A DNA stretch of 32,000 nt from Candidatus Nanopusillus acidilobi (GTDB lineage Archaea; Nanobdellota; Nanobdellia; Nanobdellales; Nanobdellaceae). Made by a program: the position numbers and the translations under genes. The stretch covers positions 240,001 to 272,000 of the forward strand of contig CP010514.1 in NCBI GenBank assembly GCA_001552015.1, given 5' to 3'. This document shows positions 18,112 to 27,107 of the stretch, piece by piece. The notes under the pieces are model-generated. The model saw nothing but the letters and a program-made list of their open reading frames with translations, made no database searches and was not told where the DNA came from. The stretch's first letter is position 1. Each line of letters starts with the position of its first letter.

Positions 18112-19290
18112 TTATTCATATCTCAATGCAACCATTGGATCAATTCTAGAAGCTTTTATTGCTGGTAATGTTCCAGATAAAATACCTATAAAGAATGGAA
18201 ATACTAAAGAAAAAACTATTAATTGTACATTAATATATGGTTGTAGTCCAATAAATCCATAAAATGATAATACAGAAGAAGCTATATATGCTGTAAAAAA
18301 TCCAAGTGTTATTCCAAAAATTCCTCCTATTAATCCTATAAATCCAGATTCTAATAAAAATAAAATTAATACTTCTATATTTTTCATTCCTAGAGCTTTT
18401 AATAATCCTATTTCTCTATATCTTTCTAAAATAGATGTATACATTGTATTTACAATATTTATTGCTGAAATTAGTATAGATATTGATGCAATTATTAATG
18501 AAAACATGGATATTCCTCCAATAATTTGATCTGCAATTTGTTCAATAGATTGAGCAGTTATTATTGTATATGTTTGACCCTTTAATGAATTTATATAATT
18601 TTTTATCGAATTATATGCTATATTATAATTATAAGTAATTACAATTAGATAATTATAATTTATACTTCCAAATAATTTTTCATATTCTCCTTCTGGGAAT
18701 AAAATATTATAATCAGGGGTTCCTCCTGTCTGTTGTAATATTCCAACTACCTGACATCTTTGTCCAAATATATTTATATAATCTCCAACACTTATTTTTT
18801 GATTATTTAATAAAGGAGAATTTGCAATTTGATATCCTAAATCAACCTGGCAATTATTATTGTTTGTTATAAAGGTCCCCTCAAAAATATTATAATCTAT
18901 ATATGTTAAATAATTGACTTTGTTTGTATTAATAACTAATATATTAGCAGGTATTTGATAATTATTATATTTAATTATTGTAGAAGTTGAGTATGCTTTT
19001 ATAACTCTTTCTACTCCAGGTAATGTTTGAATATTTTCAATAAAACTATTTGTAAAATATCCTGAAATGGAACTGACAAAACCAGCCCTTGCACCTGGAA
19101 AGATAAATATTGCCTTATTTCCAAATCTATTTAATTCGCTTTGAACATAATATTGTAAACCCTGCGATAATGCAATTAATGTAAATATAGTAGCTATACC
19201 AATTGTAATTCCTAAAGACGTTAAAAAAGTCCTTACTTTTTTTGTCCTTAAATATTTTAATATTAAAAATAAATAATCATTTATTTTCAT
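18112..19290 (-). CDS. ABC transporter permease, MacB/FtsX family
   Basis: RTKKVRTFLTSLGITIGIATIFTLIALSQGLQ N-terminal TM plus MacB periplasmic domain; ERYREIGLLKALGMKNIEVLILFLLESGFIG; C-terminal PALKASRIDPMVALRYE-like GTLPAIKASRIDPMVALRYE. Confidence 0.92.
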   Translation of the reverse strand: MKINDYLFLILKYLRTKKVRTFLTSLGITIGIATIFTLIALSQGLQYYVQSELNRFGNKAIFIFPGARAGFVSSISGYFTNSFIENIQTLPGVERVIKAYSTSTIIKYNNYQIPANILVINTNKVNYLTYIDYNIFEGTFITNNNNCQVDLGYQIANSPLLNNQKISVGDYINIFGQRCQVVGILQQTGGTPDYNILFPEGEYEKLFGSINYNYLIVITYNYNIAYNSIKNYINSLKGQTYTIITAQSIEQIADQIIGGISMFSLIIASISILISAINIVNTMYTSILERYREIGLLKALGMKNIEVLILFLLESGFIGLIGGIFGITLGFFTAYIASSVLSFYGFIGLQPYINVQLIVFSLVFPFFIGILSGTLPAIKASRIDPMVALRYE

Positions 19291-20710
19291 TTTTCTTTCT
19301 TCTTTTCATTATATAATATATTATACCTACAAAAATCAAAATTAATATTATTATACCAACTAAAATATTTCTAGAAGATTTTGTATAATAAATATTATAT
19401 CCAAGATTTTCTAGAGAAGTATTATAAAGTATTGTATATTTATTTCCAAAAATATCATTATAATATATTTGTATATATACTGTTGTATTTGGATAGCAAT
19501 TATTATTTAATGTAAATACAACGGAATTTGAATTTCCAGGATCTAATTCTCCAATATATCCTTGATTTGGTGAAATTATACATTTACTAGAACTATAAAC
19601 ATTCATATACATATTATATGCTGGTGCATTTCCATAATTGAATATATTAAATGTTAGTGTTCCAGAACTATATGATCCTGATAAAGTTATATTTGGATAT
19701 GCATTTATATTTTCAACAATATATCCATTTAAACTATATAATATTGAATTTGAATAATATTGAATATTAAATGGAATAGTTACAGTCCCATATAGATTAT
19801 TATTTACAATTACTGTTATTGGAATATTTATTTCCTGTCCTGGCAATATATTATTGATATAAATGTTATTATTTGCAATTGAAATATTTGTACCTAAAAA
19901 TGTTAATGAAATATCAGATATATTTGAATTTGTAGGATTATATAATGTTAAATTAATTATATTTTCTCCAATATTTAGATATCCAACATTATATAAAACT
20001 TCTAATCTATTATTTGATGGTAAAATTGGTACATTAATTGTTGTTGTATAATTGTTAATATTTCCTAAAGGATCCTGATAAATTATAAATAAAGGTATTG
20101 TACAATAATTATTTGCATAATTTGATGGAATTAATAATTGGAAATTAATTAATGTAGAACCAGATAAATTAGATAAATATATTGAAGATGGTTCTAATGA
20201 ACATGCGGAGAAATTTGATTGAATTAATACATTATATATTTCTTCTCCATAATTTGTTATATTTAATACTAGATTTGCAATGCTTCCATAATAATTATTT
20301 GAATAATAATAATTACTAATTGTTATATATGGTAAATTTTCTACAATTATTGGATATATTTGTGAAATTTCACCAGATCCATTATTGTTTGTATAACTTC
20401 CATTTATTATTATATTATAACTTCCAGGATTACAACTTTCATATAAATTTAATGAAGTACAATATGAATCTCCAGGATTTAAATATGGAATATAAATTGA
20501 GGATTGATTTGAATATATGCAGTTTGGATAATATATATTTAAATTAATTGTATTTGCCTCAGATAATCCATTATTTATTATGCAAACTTCTAGATTTATA
20601 TTATTATTAGTACTTACTATTACTGGTGATATTTTTGTAATATTTATTTGTAAAGAATATATACTAAAAAGTAGAAGGGTTAGCAAAAATGTATAGATTA
20701 ATTTTTTCAT
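19277..20710 (-). CDS. secreted/membrane-anchored protein with CARDB-like repeats
   Basis: N-terminal signal-like MKKLIYTFLLTLLLFSIYSLQINI, repeated beta modules (NNINLEVCIINNGLSEANTINLNIYYP; ANLVLNITNYGEEIYNVLIQSN; GENIINLTLYNPTNSNISDISLTFL; GTLTFNIFNYGNAPAYNMYMNVY), C-terminal TM and KRRKKNENK tail; overlaps the permease start. Confidence 0.8.
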   Translation of the reverse strand: MKKLIYTFLLTLLLFSIYSLQINITKISPVIVSTNNNINLEVCIINNGLSEANTINLNIYYPNCIYSNQSSIYIPYLNPGDSYCTSLNLYESCNPGSYNIIINGSYTNNNGSGEISQIYPIIVENLPYITISNYYYSNNYYGSIANLVLNITNYGEEIYNVLIQSNFSACSLEPSSIYLSNLSGSTLINFQLLIPSNYANNYCTIPLFIIYQDPLGNINNYTTTINVPILPSNNRLEVLYNVGYLNIGENIINLTLYNPTNSNISDISLTFLGTNISIANNNIYINNILPGQEINIPITVIVNNNLYGTVTIPFNIQYYSNSILYSLNGYIVENINAYPNITLSGSYSSGTLTFNIFNYGNAPAYNMYMNVYSSSKCIISPNQGYIGELDPGNSNSVVFTLNNNCYPNTTVYIQIYYNDIFGNKYTILYNTSLENLGYNIYYTKSSRNILVGIIILILIFVGIIYYIMKRRKKNENK

Positions 20711-20742
20711 GAGATTATTATATTTGAAAAATATTTATAAAA

Positions 20743-21441
20743 TTACTTTAATAATTCTAATGTTTCGTCTATTGTAGCATTATCTTTTAATATTTTTCCA
20801 TTTCTTATTACTACTATCCTATTAGTTCTTTCTGCTACTCTTAAATCATGTGTTACTATTACAATTGTTCTATTTTCTTCTTCATTTAATTTTTTTAATA
20901 TATCTAATAATTCATTTGCTGATTTCTCATCAATATTTGCAGTAGGCTCATCTGCTAAAATTAATTTAGGATCATTTACCAATGCTCTAGCAATAACAAC
21001 TCTTTGTTGTTGTCCTCCAGATAATTGATTTGGATAATTATATAATCTATCGCCTAATCCAACTTTATTTAATAATTCTTTTGCTTTTTCTAAATTTTTA
21101 TTTCCAGAAATCCTTAAACCAATTTGAACATTTTCCAATGCATTTAGATAATTAAATAAATAATATTGTTGGAATATAAATCCAATATATTTTCTTCTTA
21201 ATTCTGATAATTGATTATCATTTAATTTTGATATATCTTTATCAAATAAATATACTTTTCCTTTTGTTGGTCTATCTAAGCATCCCATTATTGCTAATAA
21301 TGTGGATTTTCCAGATCCTGATGGTCCAACTATTGATAAAAATTCTCCTTCTTTAATTTTTAAACTTACATTTTCCAATGCTTTTATAGGGTATCCTCCA
21401 ACATAATATATTTTTTCAACATTTTCTAATTTAACTATCAT
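20743..21441 (-). CDS. ABC transporter ATP-binding protein (LolD/MacB type)
   Basis: GPSGSGKSTLLAIMGCLDRPTKG, LSGGQQQRVVIARALVNDPKLILADEPTANID. Confidence 0.95.
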   Translation of the reverse strand: MIVKLENVEKIYYVGGYPIKALENVSLKIKEGEFLSIVGPSGSGKSTLLAIMGCLDRPTKGKVYLFDKDISKLNDNQLSELRRKYIGFIFQQYYLFNYLNALENVQIGLRISGNKNLEKAKELLNKVGLGDRLYNYPNQLSGGQQQRVVIARALVNDPKLILADEPTANIDEKSANELLDILKKLNEEENRTIVIVTHDLRVAERTNRIVVIRNGKILKDNATIDETLELLK

Positions 21442-22073
21442 AACTCAATATATTTTTCAATTTCAAAAATATTTATTATCTTTGGAACATCTATTTTTGG
21501 ATAGTACCATGCCAGTTTTAATGGATATGGTGGATAATATATTCTTTTAAATAATTTTATATTTAATTTATTTTTTATTTGATATAAGTTTGTATTTTTG
21601 TCATCTATATATATTATATCTTTATCTATATTTATTAAATATTCAAATACATCAATAATTGTTTTAAATTCTTCAGTACCATATAATAATATATCTCTAA
21701 AATATTTATCCAAATTTGTTTTCTTAATTCTTTTTATTTTAATGTCTTTTGTATCATCTTTAGATGTTACTAAATATAAATCATTATTCTTATATTTCTC
21801 TAAAAATTCTATTGTTCCTGGTAATATCATTTGATTTTCTGTTCTAATTTTCCAATAATATTCTATTATTTCATCAGGATTGTCTTTTATTAAGAATCTT
21901 ATCCATTTTCCTCTTTCAAAAATTCCAAAATAATCTCCAAGATCTTCTACTGCAAGCATTGCTTCAGTAAATCCTTCATATAAATTTAATTCTTCTCTTA
22001 TTTTTTCATAAATTAAAGGTATGATTGAGTAGCTATCTACAAGTGTTCCATCGTAATCTAAAGAAATTATCAT
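21438..22073 (-). CDS. HAD superfamily hydrolase
   Basis: DYDGTLVDS motif I, LYLVTSKDD, IIYIDDKNTN motif; 211 aa. Confidence 0.85.
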   Translation of the reverse strand: MIISLDYDGTLVDSYSIIPLIYEKIREELNLYEGFTEAMLAVEDLGDYFGIFERGKWIRFLIKDNPDEIIEYYWKIRTENQMILPGTIEFLEKYKNNDLYLVTSKDDTKDIKIKRIKKTNLDKYFRDILLYGTEEFKTIIDVFEYLINIDKDIIYIDDKNTNLYQIKNKLNIKLFKRIYYPPYPLKLAWYYPKIDVPKIINIFEIEKYIEL

Positions 22074-22376
22074 TTAAAATATTTCTTGATCAAGTAATAT
22101 TTTATATCTTAACAGATCCTGGGTAATTAATACAATATTATTATGTAAAATCTTTTGTATATCCAATATTCTAATAAACATTCTATATTCATCTTCTTTT
22201 AATAAAGGTCTTTTAATTTCTTCTTTATTAAATTCTTCTAATTCTTCTAATAATGTTTCCAATTCATTAATACTATCTTTTAGTTTATTAACATTTCTTT
22301 TAATATCTTTAATAATTTTTATTTCTTCTTCATTTAAGCTTTTATCATGATCTATTGCATCTCTCTCAGGATCCAT
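22074..22376 (-). CDS. hypothetical coiled-coil protein, 100 aa
   Basis: ORF ending directly upstream of the HAD gene; charged helical sequence. Confidence 0.6.
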   Translation of the reverse strand: MDPERDAIDHDKSLNEEEIKIIKDIKRNVNKLKDSINELETLLEELEEFNKEEIKRPLLKEDEYRMFIRILDIQKILHNNIVLITQDLLRYKILLDQEIF

Positions 22377-22399
22377 AAAAAATAAAAAACCATTGGAAT

Positions 22400-22708
22400 T
22401 TATAAGCTTACTTCTACTGTTTCATTATATTCTCTTTCAATATTCCAGATTTTAATATCTTTAGTATACATTTTCTTTGGTTCTTTTGTATTGTCATCTA
22501 ATACAATGACGATTGTACCAGTTATTAATTTTCCAGTTCCAATCGATTCTTCTATTTTGAATCCAAGCCTTTGTATTAATTTTGTTACATCTTTTTTATA
22601 TTTATCTATTATTTCTCTATTATTTGCCGCTATTGCTCCATATACATTTGTAATAAAACTTCTACCCGTAGGATTTACGGGCCTTAATAATTCTATGGAT
22701 ATTTCCAT
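22400..22708 (-). CDS. hypothetical protein, 102 aa
   Basis: ORF in same direction and tight spacing; no recognised family. Confidence 0.6.
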   Translation of the reverse strand: MEISIELLRPVNPTGRSFITNVYGAIAANNREIIDKYKKDVTKLIQRLGFKIEESIGTGKLITGTIVIVLDDNTKEPKKMYTKDIKIWNIEREYNETVEVSL

Positions 22709-22756
22709 TATGAATAGTTATATTAAATATATAAAAGTTTTCTTTATAGATTATCA

Positions 22757-23428
22757 ATGAAATTTTTGGTAACTTCTGATCTTCATCTGCCAACGTATTA
22801 TAAAGAGTTTTATGAGAGTTTAAATAAAATTAATGAAAAAATAGATTTTGTTATATTATGTGGAGATATAATTGATAATAAGGAACATATTTATATTAAA
22901 AAACTATATTATTTATTAAACAGTAAATTCGGAAATATAAAAATATTTTCAACCTTTGGTAATAATGAAGCATCCTTTTTATTAAATGGAGAAAAGGATA
23001 AAGATTTTTATAGAAAAGAATATAATTTTATTAATTGGTTAGATTATGAATATTATGATTTGGGTGAATATTATTTATTGGGATTTGAAGGTTTTCCAGA
23101 GAGAACATGGAAAATGATAAATATTGAAAATATAAAAGAATATTATTCTAAGAAATTGGAAAATATATTTAATAGCTTAAATAAAAAAATAATTGTTTTT
23201 TCTCATTATGGTTTATCTAGAGATACTGTTTTTGGAGATCCTGCACCAGAATGGTCATTATATTCAAAATATATAGAAAATTTGATTAGAAAATATTCTG
23301 ATAAAATTATTTATGGATTCCATGGACATGCTCATAATTCGAAAAATTATAGAACAAAGATAAATAATACTGAAATATATAATATTGCATTTCCATTACA
23401 TAAGAAACCTTTACTTTTTGAAATATAA
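22757..23428 (+). CDS. calcineurin-like metallophosphoesterase
   Basis: TSDLHLP, LCGDIID, FGNNEA, FSHYGLS, GFHGHAHNSKN. Confidence 0.9.
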   Translation: MKFLVTSDLHLPTYYKEFYESLNKINEKIDFVILCGDIIDNKEHIYIKKLYYLLNSKFGNIKIFSTFGNNEASFLLNGEKDKDFYRKEYNFINWLDYEYYDLGEYYLLGFEGFPERTWKMINIENIKEYYSKKLENIFNSLNKKIIVFSHYGLSRDTVFGDPAPEWSLYSKYIENLIRKYSDKIIYGFHGHAHNSKNYRTKINNTEIYNIAFPLHKKPLLFEI

Positions 23429-23628
23429 ATTATTATCTCTAATAGTGATGCTATAATACCTTTTTTATTAATTCTTTCTAAATAATGTTAAGGATATTTT
23501 CTAGTTAATTTTTAGCATTTCTAAATACATAAGATCTTTCTAAAATATGCTGAGATAAATAAACTCTTAAAATATATATTTATGTTAGCTTATAATAGCT
23601 TATAATAAAGTTTTCTAAATAATATGAT

Positions 23629-23973
23629 ATGATAAAAGTTAAGAGAGTATATGATCCTATAGAAAAAGACAATGAAGTTAGAATTTTAGTAGATAGAATA
23701 TGGCCAAGAGGTATTAAAAAAGATAAAATAGATATTTGGCTTAAAGATATAGCCCCCAGTAATGAATTAAGAAAATGGTATAATCATGATCCTAATAAAT
23801 GGGAAGAATTTAAAAGAAGATATTTTGATGAATTAGATAAAAATCCAAAAATTAATGAACTTTTACAATTAATTAGAAAAAATGAAAATATTACTTTGCT
23901 TTATGCTTCTAAATCTCCATATAATAATGCAATTGCATTAAGAGAATATATAGAAAAGAAGATATTAAAGTAA
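23629..23973 (+). CDS. DUF488 (YeaO-like) family protein
   Basis: [66 protein letters not shown]...[21 protein letters not shown]. Confidence 0.92.
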   Translation: MIKVKRVYDPIEKDNEVRILVDRIWPRGIKKDKIDIWLKDIAPSNELRKWYNHDPNKWEEFKRRYFDELDKNPKINELLQLIRKNENITLLYASKSPYNNAIALREYIEKKILK

Positions 23974-23978
23974 ACCAA

Positions 23979-24079
23979 TGCCGCCGCGGGGATTTGAACC
24001 CCGGACCTCCTGGTTTCTCACAAACTCATCGATTTTATAGGTTATGAGCCAGGCGCTCCAACCCCTGAGCTACGGCGGC
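23979..24079 (-). tRNA. CAT-anticodon tRNA (elongator Met or agmatidine-type Ile2) with a 28-nt intron (24015..24042)
   Basis: GCCGCCG/CGGCGGC acceptor, D arm GCTC/GAGC, anticodon stem CCTGG/CCAGG with loop CTCATA|ACCTATAAAATCGATGAGTTTGTGAGAA|A, T arm CGGGG TTCAAAT CCCCG, discriminator A; spliced length 73 nt. Confidence 0.94.
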
Positions 24080-24132
24080 TTAATAAATTCCTTATTTTTA
24101 ATTTTATAAGATTATTTATAATTTTAAATTTA

Positions 24133-24528
24133 ATGGCTGAAAAAGAAAGATGGGGTATTGCATATATATATTCAAGTAAAAATAATACTATAATTCATAT
24201 TACAGATATAACTGGTAGTGAAACAATTGCATTTAGTTCTGGTGGTAGGGTTGTTTTGGCTCAAAGATTAAAAGGTACTCCAACTGCTGCAATTTTAGCT
24301 GCAAAACAAGCTGCTCAAAAAGCTTTGGAAAGAGGTATAAATGCTGTTCATGTTAGGGTAAGGGCTCCTGGTGGACATAATGGTCCTTGGGTTCCTACAC
24401 CATCTGCACAATTTGCAATTAAAACATTAATTACTTCAGGATTAAAGATTGGGGTTGTCGAAGATATAACTCCAATACCTCATGATCATTGTAGAAGGAA
24501 GGGAGGAAAGAGAGGAAGAAGATTATAA
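24133..24528 (+). CDS. rps11: 30S ribosomal protein S11
   Basis: [32 protein letters not shown]...[27 protein letters not shown]...[23 protein letters not shown]. Confidence 0.96.
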   Translation: MAEKERWGIAYIYSSKNNTIIHITDITGSETIAFSSGGRVVLAQRLKGTPTAAILAAKQAAQKALERGINAVHVRVRAPGGHNGPWVPTPSAQFAIKTLITSGLKIGVVEDITPIPHDHCRRKGGKRGRRL

Positions 24529-24590
24529 TTTTTTATAAAATCTTCATTAATATTTTCTTAATTACTCTCTTTATTGCATATAAATAAAAT

Positions 24591-25664
24591 TTAATTCTTT
24601 CCATTTGCTTTTTCTTCTAAAAATTTTATCAAATTTTCTATATCTTTTTCATATATTAATCCACCGGCTGCCTTTGGATGTCCTCCGCCATTTATTCCAT
24701 ATTCTTTTGCAAATTCTCTCATTAATATTCCTAAATCATATTTTCCAGATTGATTCCTTAAAGATATACTATATCTTTTATATTTTCCCTTAAATAATCT
24801 TCCAAATAATTTTTCTTTTAAAGATAGTACCAATATTATTTTTTCAGGATAAAATGATGATAATATTGTAGATATAACTGAAGATTTCTTCGCTTTAAAT
24901 ACTAACAATTTTTCAGATTCATATATTTTTTTAGCGCTTTTTAATCCTTCGTAATATTTTATTGCTTCATTCTTTAATTTTCTTAAGTCAAATTCTTTTA
25001 TAAATTCTTCAATATTTAATGCTTTATCAATATTTTTTGATATTTTATATGGATATGATATTAAAAATAAATAAAAATATAATATATATGGAATATAAAA
25101 ATATTTACCATTATAAAATCCTTTGTAATTTTTTAATAGATCATTTAATAATTCTTTATCGTTTTCCAACATAAAATCCCCCACAGCCCCAATAGATGCC
25201 AATAATGAATATTTTGAAAATTCTTCACCGAATAATATTTTTCCAATTCTATATGATATACTAGTTGTACATATTTCTAAATTAAATAATGCCCTTACAT
25301 CAAAATATATTAAATTCTTTGGTAAAATTCTTGGAACCCTTCTTTTATGATGATCCAAATATATTATTTTTATTTTTTCATGTCTTTTAGAAAAATTAAT
25401 TAAATATTTATCATCCATTGGCGTGTCTAAAAATATTATTGTATTTATTGTTTTCTTATTAAATATTATTCCATCCAATATCTTTATTAGATCTAAATTA
25501 TTTTCTCCAGCAATTCTAAAATATTCCATATATTTCTTATTTAATTTTTCTAATATTATTTTCATTAATCCCAATGCCATTTTTCCATCCAAATCAGAAT
25601 CTGCTACTATTAATATTTCTTCATTTGAATCTTTTATCTCTTTTGCTATATCTGAAAAATCCAT
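24591..25664 (-). CDS. DHH family phosphoesterase (RecJ/NrnA-like) with intact motifs
   Basis: ADSDLDGKMA, LDTPMDD, IIYLDHHKRR, GAVGD, DHHA1 motif GGGHPKAAGG. Confidence 0.88.
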   Translation of the reverse strand: MDFSDIAKEIKDSNEEILIVADSDLDGKMALGLMKIILEKLNKKYMEYFRIAGENNLDLIKILDGIIFNKKTINTIIFLDTPMDDKYLINFSKRHEKIKIIYLDHHKRRVPRILPKNLIYFDVRALFNLEICTTSISYRIGKILFGEEFSKYSLLASIGAVGDFMLENDKELLNDLLKNYKGFYNGKYFYIPYILYFYLFLISYPYKISKNIDKALNIEEFIKEFDLRKLKNEAIKYYEGLKSAKKIYESEKLLVFKAKKSSVISTILSSFYPEKIILVLSLKEKLFGRLFKGKYKRYSISLRNQSGKYDLGILMREFAKEYGINGGGHPKAAGGLIYEKDIENLIKFLEEKANGKN

Positions 25665-25701
25665 TTAATATTGAAATACAATAATATTTAAAAATATAGA
25701 A

Positions 25702-25772
25702 GCCCCGATAGCTCAGTGGTAGAGCGGTGGACTCGTAATCCACAGGCCCGGGTTCAAATCCCGGTCGGGGCT
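25702..25772 (+). tRNA. tRNA-Thr(CGT)
   Basis: GCCCCGA/TCGGGGC acceptor, GTGGA CTCGTAA TCCAC anticodon arm, CCGGG TTCAAAT CCCGG T arm, discriminator T; no intron. Confidence 0.96.
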
Positions 25773-26427
25773 ATCTTCTATATCTATAATAATTTCCATA
25801 GTAATTTCCATAATTATATCCATAATAATTATAATAATTACTATAGTTTTGTTGGTTATATTGTAAATTATTTTCAGCGAAATTATCAATATTTTCTTCA
25901 TTATTTTCCTCATTTTCTTCTTCGAATTTTTCTTCTTCTTCAACGAATTCTGGTAATAATTTATCTATTACATATACTGTTATATATATTAATGGGAAGA
26001 AAATTATTATTGAAAGAAAATCTATATAATTAAATTCTATTATTCCATATATAAGTGGTGTAAACATAATCTGGAAATATGAAAAGAATCCGGTTTTTCC
26101 AAGTATTTTTGCAATCTTTTTTCTTTTTATAGATGCTATTAATATAAATAAGGATAAAAATAAGAAAAATAATGTTATAATTAATTTATTATAATCATTA
26201 AGTTCATTATCTAAATATAAATGTCTTAACCAATCTATAGAAACCCATGAAAATATAATACTATTTGCTAAAGAGTGTGAATACCTAAGTTCTTTTCTTT
26301 CTACTAAGAATTCCATTGCAAACCATGTTATATAAACTGGATATGTAACCCATATAATTTCTATATTTGTAAGTGTAGATATAAATATTGTTGAGAATGC
26401 TTGAAATATTGATGTTATATCTATCAT
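25771..26427 (-). CDS. multi-pass membrane protein with acidic then Asn/Tyr-rich C-terminal tail
   Basis: Several hydrophobic segments, then EEFVEEEEKFEEENEENNEENIDNFAENNLQYNQQNYSNYYNYYGYNYGNYYGNYYRYRR; stop overlaps tRNA-Thr 3' end by 2 nt. Confidence 0.7.
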   Translation of the reverse strand: MIDITSIFQAFSTIFISTLTNIEIIWVTYPVYITWFAMEFLVERKELRYSHSLANSIIFSWVSIDWLRHLYLDNELNDYNKLIITLFFLFLSLFILIASIKRKKIAKILGKTGFFSYFQIMFTPLIYGIIEFNYIDFLSIIIFFPLIYITVYVIDKLLPEFVEEEEKFEEENEENNEENIDNFAENNLQYNQQNYSNYYNYYGYNYGNYYGNYYRYRR

Positions 26428-26495
26428 TATAATAAGTAAAAAATTTTGAAATATTAAAATATTAATTTTTAAATATAAATTTTAGAATAAAGATT

Positions 26496-27107
26496 ATGGG
26501 TCTAGATATATTATATATATTGATTGTAATATTTGATATACTAATATCTATATGGAATGCATATAATGCTGGAAAAGCTTTGGAATATATGAAATTAAAT
26601 AATATAGAGAGTGATTGGCCAAGAATGGTTGCATATTCTACATTGGTATTATCATTTGCAGGTGCAGCATATGGTAATGCATCATTATTATCAATTGTAG
26701 CATATTATTTAGGATATATTGATATATATACATTATTAGGAGTTCTTTCATTTTCATTTTTAGTATTTGGATTTTTAATAATATTGTTTGGAATTATTGT
26801 AACTGTAAATAGTATAATTGTTGCATCAAAAACAAAAAGGTTCTTTGATATATTTATTGCAATATATAATAGTATTGCTGTTATTTGGGATATATATAGT
26901 TATATAGAAGGATTTTCTACAGCATTTAATATATTAAGAAACCAATTTGGTAATGAAGAAAGAAATTCTCAAGGAGTATTTATTTTAATAATAATTGCTG
27001 CAGTATTAATTGCAGTATTTATGGTATATGGAGCATTTAAATATGGTAAAGCTTCTGTATATAAGGTAGAAAAATCATATATACAACCATCACCAATTGA
27101 AAGTTAA
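26496..27107 (+). CDS. multi-pass membrane protein, unknown function
   Basis: 203-aa ORF with multiple hydrophobic helices. Confidence 0.75.
   Translation: MGLDILYILIVIFDILISIWNAYNAGKALEYMKLNNIESDWPRMVAYSTLVLSFAGAAYGNASLLSIVAYYLGYIDIYTLLGVLSFSFLVFGFLIILFGIIVTVNSIIVASKTKRFFDIFIAIYNSIAVIWDIYSYIEGFSTAFNILRNQFGNEERNSQGVFILIIIAAVLIAVFMVYGAFKYGKASVYKVEKSYIQPSPIES

Noticed and set aside
18068-21834. Plus-strand ORFs 18068..18262, 19863..20051, 20320..20547, 21598..21834
   Set aside because: All are antisense to well-supported ABC transporter or HAD genes.
22491-22760. Plus-strand 89-aa ORF
   Set aside because: Antisense to 22400..22708 and overlaps the start of the metallophosphoesterase; composition looks like a shadow ORF.
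24605-25668. Plus-strand ORFs 24605..24793 and 25423..25668
   Set aside because: Antisense to the DHH phosphoesterase with complete motifs.
25713-26033. ORFs 25713..25943 (-) and 25716..26033 (+)
   Set aside because: Both run through tRNA-Thr(CGT); N-terminal MVERWTRNPQARVQIPVGA is the usual translation artefact of a tRNA gene.
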